Positions 1 through 6,798 of a stretch of DNA of 13,549 nucleotides are shown here, piece after piece. Under the pieces are notes generated by a model, which was not told the DNA's origin, made no database searches, and saw only the letters and a list, made by a program, of their open reading frames with translations. The DNA comes from Amoeboradix gromovi X-113 (taxonomy: Eukaryota > Fungi > Sanchytriomycota), in contig JADGIF010000232.1 in the NCBI GenBank assembly GCA_018985225.1, positions 1-13,549 on the forward strand. Direction: 5' to 3'. A program made the translations under genes and the position numbers. Every line of letters starts with the position of its first letter. Position 1 is the stretch's first letter.

Positions 1-158
1 TGTAGATGGTACAGATATCGCTTTCCTGGCGTTGAAAGGCATCTAATTCTTCCATGTTCGGACCAGTTCCTGAGTGTCGATGAATGGATTTTGTATCGAC
101 TTGTGATTTCTTTTGATTTGACATATTCTGGATTATGAGTTTTTGTTCCATTTACCAT
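1..158 (-). CDS. tnpA: IS607-family transposase TnpA (serine recombinase), N-terminal MerR-like HTH; runs off the left edge of the window
   Basis: ATG at 158(-) translates without a stop as MVNGTKTHNPEYVKSKEITSRYKIHSSTLRNWSEHGRIRCLSTPGKRYLYHL. The 'I-x-x-x-T-L-R-x-W...G-x-I...T-P-G-x-R-x-Y' pattern is typical of the IS607 TnpA HTH. Homologous starts occur at 5839(-), about 9318(+) and 11053(+). Confidence 0.85.
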   Translation of the reverse strand, partial: MVNGTKTHNPEYVKSKEITSRYKIHSSTLRNWSEHGRIRCLSTPGKRYLYHL

Positions 159-203
159 TGACAATAAAGGAAGAGTATCGGGATTTTATACCTTTGGACA
201 TGT

Positions 204-463
204 TCTAGAAAAGAGTTGATTTGTAAATATTTATTTATTTTTTCGTCTAATCATGATAATTAATTAATTCCAATAAAATTAAAAGCTGTACAGAAAGTGC
301 ATCGTATATTTTCATGCTTGGGCCAGCTACTAGTTGCCTAAGTGCTGACTCGGTGTCTAGTAGTATTGTCTTTAGGCTCAATATATTCCAAAGAAGATTG
401 TAGCCATTGAAGTGATAAAAAGAGATACTACAGAGTTTTTATGTAGTTAGAAAGGTCTAGAAA
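204..463. repeat. About 250-bp insertion in the left end of copy A, bounded by the 8-bp direct repeat TCTAGAAA
   Basis: TCTAGAAA occurs at 204-211 and 456-463. Copies B and E carry one such site (TCTTGAAA; TTTCTAGA on +) and lack the intervening DNA. Confidence 0.5.
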
Positions 464-1584
464 GGGAGCATATGAAGTGATGTAGCTCTATTGTAATCGC
501 AGTAAATGATTTATTGAAGTAGGATCGATGACCTAAAGTTAAATTCTTGATGAACTTGACTAGGTTGGTCCTGAACAAACAACCTTCCCTTGGCTGAGCA
601 TAGCGTGAAAATGCGTCCACATTTAGATAAGAAAAAGGTAGAAAACACTGCAGATATGTAGCTGTGCAGTGAGGCGCCTTGTGTGTGCGCTTTTCCACTT
701 GCTATTACACACTCTTGATACGCTAGATACGTAGCCTCAACAGCATAGAAATCTACTCTTAAGATGTTAAGAATCCAAACATAGCGTTACAACCTACCGC
801 TGAATTAAAATCTCTGAGATATCCTGTTATTAAGATGTAAGCTACTAGAAAAAGATGTTACAACACAAAATCAAAGATATCAATGCAGATATTAATACCA
901 GCAATCCAGATGCAAGCACTACGTCGCACCACAACCGAGCAATATCAAAGAAAAGACTAAACATTAGGGACATGCTCCGAAAAGTAGACAAGAGTAAAAG
1001 GGGTGAAAAAAAGAAAAATATAAATTGACTACTTAGATATCCAAAACCCCGCCAAAAGCACCCAAAACCATAATATAAAAATATTATTAGATTATTACGC
1101 TACCAGTAAAATAATTATTAATACCAGGAAACTTGTTGCGAAATGGTCTTAGATAAGAGTACGAAATACATCGATAGAAAGAAAGCAACGCGTGACATAC
1201 TGAAAGAACGTAAGAAAATGTGATTTTCTGTGGTTGCTGCAGCTTTAAGTGCAACAGAAATTGTCATTACATTATGAAGAACAACAATCTAGTGCACTGA
1301 TCCGACTGGGAAAAGAGTGATGATAAATCAAAGTTGTTTTGCCTAAAACATAGCTGATAAAATACGATACATTACACCTGGTCTATGTCTACTTTTGGAG
1401 AAAGTTATTTTCAAAAACCTTGTCTGGTTTTTGCAATCTCCGGCCCATTCTAATAAGTTGGCCTTGCTTCAATCTTGGTAGTTGGTCATGACAAGTACCC
1501 TTAGTTATGCTTCCAGGTTATTACTTATTTAATATTGAACAGATCGTTGGTAGAAAAAATCATTTTACTCCCTTGTCAAGGAGT

Positions 1585-2836
1585 ATGACAAACGATGATC
1601 AGAAAATCATTGAACAAACAGATGAGATAATCATACCTTCTTATTCAGTCTGGTTCTCTTTTGAAAAAGTAGACGAGATTGAAAAGAAGGCGTTGCCTGA
1701 GTTCTTCAATGAAACTAGCAAATCCAAGACAGAATTAACTTACAAAGCATATCGTGATTTTATGATAAATACCTATCGGGTTAATCCCTCTGATTATCTA
1801 ACATTTACAGCATGTCGCCGTAATTTACATGGTGATGTATGTGCTATATTAAGAGTACATGCATTTTTGGAGCAATGGGGACTTATAAACTACCAAGCTG
1901 AAGGGAAGCCTACAAAGGTAAATATTATTTATTTAGATTGCTCCTCCATTTACCGGTCATTTTAAAGTAAGCGTAGACACACCAAAGGGAATTCAACCAT
2001 TTTTGCCATCCATAATGAATGTGTATAATCATGCCAAAGAGGGCGAAAATATCCCAGAATTAAATGACTTACAGGATGATGATTTTGAGCTCGTTATGAA
2101 CGCAGACACAGATGTCAAAATGACCGAAAATAATAATATCAAGGATTTTGCCACAGGGGAGGCTGCAGATAGACGTGGTTTTCACCCTAATCCAACTGTT
2201 GGCGTCTCTGATGAAAACTTCTTGCAGGGTAGATTTCCAAATACAATGTCCTCTCAGGATTTTGTAAAGTTTACAAAATTTAATGATTGGAGTGATCAAG
2301 ACACTTTTAAATTGTTAGAAGGTGTAGAGATGTACGAAAATGATTGGGATGCTATCAGCACACATACTGGTAAAGATAGGGATGAATGCATTCTCAAATA
2401 TTTAGATTTGCCGAGCGGTAAATCAATCAATGAATCATCAGTGGTTGGTACAACCCCAGATCATCCAATTCTAGCTTTAGTATCATTTCTCTCCTCAAAG
2501 GTTGATTCAAAGACTGCCAAAGCAGCTGCAAAAGCAGCCAAAGAATTAAATGATTCTGATTCTCAAGTTCTTGGTAGCACAGCCTTGGCACTAGTTTCTG
2601 TACATGCAAAGAAGGAGTCAGAAAAGAGTAAAGACAGGCTTGCCTCACTGACTGTGCAGTATGTGGATTTGCTATGCCATCGGGTTGAACAGAAACTTAC
2701 TCTATTAGATGCATTGCAACAACAAATGACTACAGAGAGAAGAAGCATGATGAAAACTTTTACTGCTGTCCTAAAAGATAAGTTTATGCAAGTAGATAAC
2801 GATGATGTTGATATGGGAGAAGCTGTGCAGCTATAA
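1585..2836 (+). CDS. SWI3: SWI/SNF-RSC chromatin-remodelling subunit, SWI3/RSC8/SMARCC family; join(1585..1917,1937..2836), about 410 aa
   Basis: SWIRM domain ([10 protein letters not shown]...ALPEFF...[46 protein letters not shown]). Splicing restores the conserved [22 protein letters not shown] linker. SANT domain ([28 protein letters not shown]) is followed by [12 protein letters not shown] and a C-terminal coiled coil. Start 1585 is preferred over 1507. SWI3 versus RSC8 orthology is not resolved. Confidence 0.92.
1918..1936 (+). other. 19-nt spliceosomal intron (GTAAATATTATTTATTTAG)
   Basis: GT..AG ends, phase 0. Removal joins the two ORFs in frame and restores a conserved motif. No nearby alternative upstream GT. 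Confidence 0.85.
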
Positions 2837-2847
2837 ATAAACTTTTA

Positions 2848-4080
2848 TTATTTTCGAATTTTCTTACGGGTCATCATTTTATTCCACAATGTGGTTTCTT
2901 TTTCGATGCTGGATTTTTCATCAGTCCCAAGAGAGGGAAGACTAGTTCTTGAAGCATTGACATCCTCTATAGAGTCTTCCGAGATGTTTTGAGCTCTTAA
3001 TAAATAATTACGTTCCTCGCACTGTAGTTTTACTAATTCGGACAGCCTTTGAATTTCTAGGTTCTCTATTGGAGATTTATTTTCAAATTTTGGGACGTTT
3101 TTCAGCAGTCGTTGGCTTTTCAGCCTGGTAGATTCACAGGATATGTTATGGACACTAAGGCAGTGAAAGCTTTCCAAATGTGGTTTATTCGAGAGTGGAT
3201 TGTATCCAGAGTTTGCTCGGTTCAATTTTAACCTTAGACATTCTAAGCGGCAGTAAACGTCGCATGTTTGCGATCTAAGAGCGGAAATATTAGGTATAAC
3301 GTAAGCTTTCTCCCCAGTGGGATTCAGTCGAACTTGTAAAGAGTAGCTTTGCAGATATCTACGGTATTGCATAACCTGAAGTAATGCCGCTTTCAAGTTT
3401 TTTAAGTAGCAAACTTGGTTGCTTTTGCGAATATCATCAGTTTGAAGTTCTATAGATGCCTTTGATATTTTGGTCAATACAACTTGGGTCTCAGAATTGG
3501 TTAAAACCGCTGAAAACTGCGAAGAGTTGCTACAACACAGAATTGTTTTAGGTTTAGTCAACAGCAAGACCTTGTATACTGCAAAAACCAGTTGCATTAT
3601 CGGAAACAAGCTGTAGCTTTTGTTTACTGAGGTCCCGCTCCAGCAGAGTCGTGTATCAGACTCCAAAGTCTTGCATATTCTCTTTAAATAACGAGATAAC
3701 TCAAAAATAACCGTGAGTTTGATCTCATTGGTTGCATTTTCTCTGTAAACCATCTTAGTTTTCTCAGCAGGAATTAAGTTTAGTCTTATTACTTCCTGAA
3801 TATGCCTAATGTTTTGTAACAATTTATTGCTTATTTGACATTCGGCATTAGAAACTGTTTTATTTTGTAAAATTTTGTCTGAAGGCAGTGTGATATCGCA
3901 GGTCTTAATAATTAAAGCGGAGTTTTCTATTAATAAAAGCTCATACTTCTTCTCAGTCACCCTTAGTCTATCTAATTCAAGATATTGTTCCTTTTGCAGT
4001 TGCTCAAAAGCTTTCATTTTTGAATGAATCAAGTATGAGATGCCGCAATATTGACAGCTACTTTCAGATATGGCCTCCAT
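2848..4080 (-). CDS. LEKR1-like protein (410 aa)
   Basis: N-terminal ESSCQYCGISYLIHSKMKAFE and C-terminal LSELVKLQCEERNYL resemble the two conserved LEKR1 blocks as recalled from memory (CxYCGVSYLI..E.K..E and LQETV..ECEER.EL). The middle is divergent. The ORF is long and open, and converges on SWI3 with an 11-bp gap. Confidence 0.6.
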   Translation of the reverse strand: MEAISESSCQYCGISYLIHSKMKAFEQLQKEQYLELDRLRVTEKKYELLLIENSALIIKTCDITLPSDKILQNKTVSNAECQISNKLLQNIRHIQEVIRLNLIPAEKTKMVYRENATNEIKLTVIFELSRYLKRICKTLESDTRLCWSGTSVNKSYSLFPIMQLVFAVYKVLLLTKPKTILCCSNSSQFSAVLTNSETQVVLTKISKASIELQTDDIRKSNQVCYLKNLKAALLQVMQYRRYLQSYSLQVRLNPTGEKAYVIPNISALRSQTCDVYCRLECLRLKLNRANSGYNPLSNKPHLESFHCLSVHNISCESTRLKSQRLLKNVPKFENKSPIENLEIQRLSELVKLQCEERNYLLRAQNISEDSIEDVNASRTSLPSLGTDEKSSIEKETTLWNKMMTRKKIRK

Positions 4081-4744
4081 AGCAAAATTATTTTGTTGAG
4101 GCTTTATGGTTAATCAGATTCAAAACATCGGTGTTTACATTTGCATCCAAAGCTCTTTCTATTACCACATGTGCTCTGCCTAATGATGGGCGACTTTAGA
4201 TTCTCGGATTTTGTGTAACAATTAGATAGATACGTAACATTCATATAACCATTCTCATTGCGATTGATGATTGCATTCAACAATTTATGTTTGTGCGATC
4301 TCTGGTGTGAGTGAAGGTTATGTTTATCATCACGGCCTTTTGGAGAAGTAGACATTTTACTTGGAGCTATATATTTAATAGTAACATCTAACTCTATATC
4401 ATCGTCGTATTGATATTTATTTCCATTTCCTTTATGTGTTATAAGTTGATGTCATTAATTTTGTAAGATGCTGGTGAGACATAGCTTTGGTATACGACGG
4501 ATACGGGAAATTTAACAGGCAAAATATTGCTCGGAGTTTTAAGAAAGCTACCTCTTTGCAATTAAACATTCAAAGCATTTATTTGTTGGTGAGATCTTTC
4601 CCAGATAAAAAATCAAAAGTATTTCTCTTGTAATACAAGTTTATCTTTCTCTCTTGAATTCTAATGCTGTCAATTACATCAATATTCTTCTGCAATTCTC
4701 CCTCTTCCGAGTTTAAATAATTTCCAGTTATGATATCATATCCA

Positions 4745-4785
4745 CGTCTGGGACACATTCCACAAAAACTAGACAAAAGTTTCTG
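4745..4785 (+). repeat. Diverged solo TIR-like sequence related to the 35-bp TIR family
   Basis: CGTCTGGGACA-n8-AAAAACTAGACAAAAGTTTCTG compared with 6071 CATCTGGGACA-n8-AAAAACTGGACTAACTTTCTG; the spacing is the same. Confidence 0.5.
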
Positions 4786-5041
4786 AAACTGACCCAAAGT
4801 GGAATTAGTCAAATAGAAATGCCCATAATTTATGACTTCTGCTTTAAACGAAGTTCCTTAAAAGTTTCACTTCTCTTACCGCTTAGACAAGCAAATTAAA
4901 GTTTTCAAAAAACAAACAGATTTTCAGTAATTGAGTAAGTTATTTCACATATGCTTTGTAATGGAACTAATTCAGGGTATCGGATAATTTGGAGTTAAGT
5001 GAACACACACTATTAACATTATACGAAATGAAAAAAACTTG

Positions 5042-5200
5042 AAACTTATCAGAGTTGCTGCAGTTCAGCATACTCAACCATCTAGCGTTTTAAACATCAC
5101 CAATCTAGAGAAAGCGTGCATTCTAGAAGACTCAAATGCTATAATTACGGTAATGGAGACGACAGAGATATGAGCCCCGGCAAAATATGCTTAAATGGTG
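5042..5200 (+). pseudogene. Degenerate TnpB/Fanzor C-terminal fragment (zinc finger + RuvC-III), third family
   Basis: KLIRV, then a frameshift, then SAYSTI*RFKHHQSRESVHSRRLKCYNYGNGDDRDMSPGKICLNG. This fits v-x-EAYTS-x-x-C..C...R-x-x-x-C-x-x-C-G-x-x-x-DRD-x-x-A-x-x-I with several decayed residues. Confidence 0.5.
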
Positions 5201-5340
5201 GCAATATGAGTTGTCCACACTTGAAAAATGAAAACTCTGGTTATTTCAGATCTTCGCATTTAAACGTAGGCGGAACAAGTAAATCAGTGCATGAACTGGT
5301 TTTTGGGATATTTCATTTACCCTTTGTGTTCCTTTCTTAA

Positions 5341-5465
5341 CTCGTTAAAAGTCCTGATTTCCGAGAAAATCGAGAATTTCCAGAGAAACTATCAGTGCTA
5401 GATGCTCCGTTACAGTGATTGCTCACGCTTTCACTACCCTGAGGCGGGATTGAATAAGGATGCAG
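5341..5465 (-). ncRNA. Putative Fanzor2 omega-RNA scaffold (copy B)
   Basis: Lies between the Fanzor2 C-terminus and the element end. Three hairpins are shared with 6630-6753 and 9560-9686. The 5' limit is approximate and expression is not shown. Confidence 0.7.
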
Positions 5466-5765
5466 GTACTTGATGTATATGTTCCTTGCTGCCATATGAC
5501 CTCTATCTATCTTTAAATGACACTTTGTACAGGTTCAGGTTTCTAATTTGGTTTTCTTTAGAGTAGCACACATTGTTAATGTCTGACTAGTGAATGATTC
5601 ATTACATTCGATTATCGTCTTTCCTCTTTGTTTACATTTGAACTTCAAGCGTTCCTTGAATGTGTAATGGGACATTGTGGCCATATTTCCTGCGACCTTG
5701 ATCGACAAGCTAATTATCATTTGACTAGTATCAAAGGATGGTAACAATATAAGATCATATGTCTT
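5460..5765 (-). pseudogene. tnpB: Fanzor2 / IS607 TnpB C-terminal fragment (RuvC-II, zinc finger, RuvC-III), inactivated
   Basis: KTYDLILLPSFDTSQM...MATMSHYTFKERLKFKC...IIECNESFTSQTLTMCATL...ET*TCTKCHLKIDRGHMAARNIYIKYLH. ILLPxF(E/D) is the rearranged RuvC-II site of Fanzor2-type proteins. There is an in-frame stop and a DRD-to-DRG change. Confidence 0.9.
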
Positions 5766-5839
5766 TATATGCTGTACCTGTTAGTTATTTCTTTAGATTT
5801 GACATGTTCAGGGTTACATCCGTTCATTCCATTTACCAT
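5765..5839 (-). pseudogene. tnpA: TnpA N-terminal fragment
   Basis: MVNGMNGCNPEHVKSKEITNRYSI* compared with copy A MVNGTKTHNPEYVKSKEITSRYKI. Confidence 0.8.
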
Positions 5840-6070
5840 TTGCAAAGATAAAGAATATCGAGCATTTAAGCTATTGTAAAAGTCTTGAAACTATACAAAA
5901 ATGCATACAAATTCGCGGTAAATGATTTATTCAAGAAAACAATCGAGTTGGCATAACTATTAAGTGCCTTTGCCAGGTTCTTCTCCTCACTATCACCTTG
6001 CTCCGCAAAGCATATTTTATTCCTTCATATTTGCACTTGAGTCTGTGATTTTATTGATTTCGGTTTATTA

Positions 6071-6565
6071 CATCTGGGACATCAAATATAAAAACTGGAC
6101 TAACTTTCTGTGACAACTTGGAACATTATTTCAGCTTTATTACTTTATGGATTTAAGAGACGAGTGGACATTCAGCTAGTTGCCGAGTTGACAAGTATAA
6201 AAGGAAGATAAATATTCTTTATAGCTATTCTCTTACTCTTTCATCCAATCTTTACTTCAAATAAAATATCACTATTACACTTCAAAGAAGTAGACAAGAG
6301 TAATGATATTAGTATAACATTACAAAATGACTCTAGAAAAGAGGAACGTCTAGGAAAATGCACCTTTTGCTTAGATGCTCAAAGACCTTTCATGTTTGAA
6401 CGAGATGCAGGGTCTTCTAGTTTTATTTTGAAAAGAGGAATACAATTAATGAGAGAATCTTGGTATAATAGAAGAAGATCTTTTATTAATGATAGCATTT
6501 CCTCCGTATTGTGCACCTCCTTTAAAAACGAGTTAGTCTAGTTTTTATATTTGGTGTCCCAAATG
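6071..6565 (+). mobile_element. 495-bp non-autonomous TIR element carrying a Fanzor1-like C-terminus
   Basis: 35-bp TIRs at 6071-6105 and 6531-6565 match at 32/35. TA lies immediately left and CA right. 6312-6565 is repeated in inverted orientation at 13340-13549. Confidence 0.85.
6281..6541 (+). pseudogene. Fanzor1-like C-terminal fragment (second CxxC + RuvC-III-like motif)
   Basis: Open frame FKEVDKSNDISITLQNDSRKEERLGKCTFCLDAQRPFMFERDAGSSSFILKRGIQLMRESW...ELV*. The second copy reads EYRLRKCTFCLDAQRPHIFERDVGSSSFI. This resembles the R-L-x-x-C-x-x-C...RD-x-x-(A/S)-(A/S)-x-x-I-x-x-x-G tail of Fanzor1. Confidence 0.6.
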
Positions 6566-6753
6566 CACAAGCTGTAACCTGGAAGTGAATACATACCATA
6601 TGGCAGCGAAGAGTATAGTTGAAATACATGTAGCTCTATCCAATACCTTCTAAGGGTAGCCGAAGCGTGATTAACGGCTATAAAGGAGTGACTGAATTTG
6701 TAGCTTCTCTATGGAAGCTCTTGATTTTCTAGGAGATCAGGACTCTTATTGAG
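6561..6753 (+). mobile_element. IS607-type Fanzor2 element, copy C: 3' tail + putative omega-RNA only
   Basis: KCTSCNLEVNTYHMAAKSI (compare TCTKCHLKIDRGHMAARNI) is followed by sequence collinear with copy B up to ...ATCAGGACTCTTATTGAG (copy B: ATCAGGACTTTTAACGAG). Confidence 0.82.
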
Positions 6754-6798
6754 GAGCATATTCGTCCTCGGATGAAATTCAAAGGAGGACTCCTTCAA

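Larger units (their letters stand above)
1..530 (-). mobile_element. IS607-type TnpA/Fanzor2 element, copy A (left end + tnpA start; truncated by the window)
   Basis: 100-211 and 456-525 align collinearly with 5785-5945 and with the reverse complement of 10955-11110. The left-end motif TAAATGATTTA is at 503-513. The outer boundary is approximate. Confidence 0.75.
5339..5949 (-). mobile_element. Internally deleted IS607-type TnpA/Fanzor2 element, copy B
   Basis: Left-end motif (5919-5929), 24 TnpA codons, about 100 Fanzor2 C-terminal codons and a structured right end follow each other in the same orientation. Confidence 0.88.

Noticed and set aside
464-473. GGAGCATAT match to the putative guide junction of copy C
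   Set aside because: Only 9 nt, which is expected by chance in 13.5 kb.
447-698. 83-aa minus-strand ORF
   Set aside because: Non-ATG start, no recognisable motif, and it overlaps the transposon left end.
2069-2748. Short antisense ORFs inside SWI3 (likewise inside UTP12, HEM13 and IDI1)
   Set aside because: Shadow frames of well-supported genes.
4166-4175. CACATGTGCT 86 bp upstream of the 4080 ATG, also at 10726, 86 bp from HEM13 Met 10640
   Set aside because: Ten-mer matches are common at this window size, and the equal spacing depends on a post hoc choice of start codon.
4110-4355. 81-aa ORF upstream of the LEKR1-like gene
   Set aside because: No recognisable homology; it cannot be supported as a gene or exon from sequence alone.
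4579-4812. 77-aa ORF with a protein-like RGYDIITGNYL...FDFLSGKDL segment
   Set aside because: TTG start, and its 5' part runs through the TIR-like sequence. It may be a gene fragment but is not assignable.
4866-4978. Two short matches to 10721-10775
   Set aside because: The blocks occur in opposite order and do not extend; probably chance.
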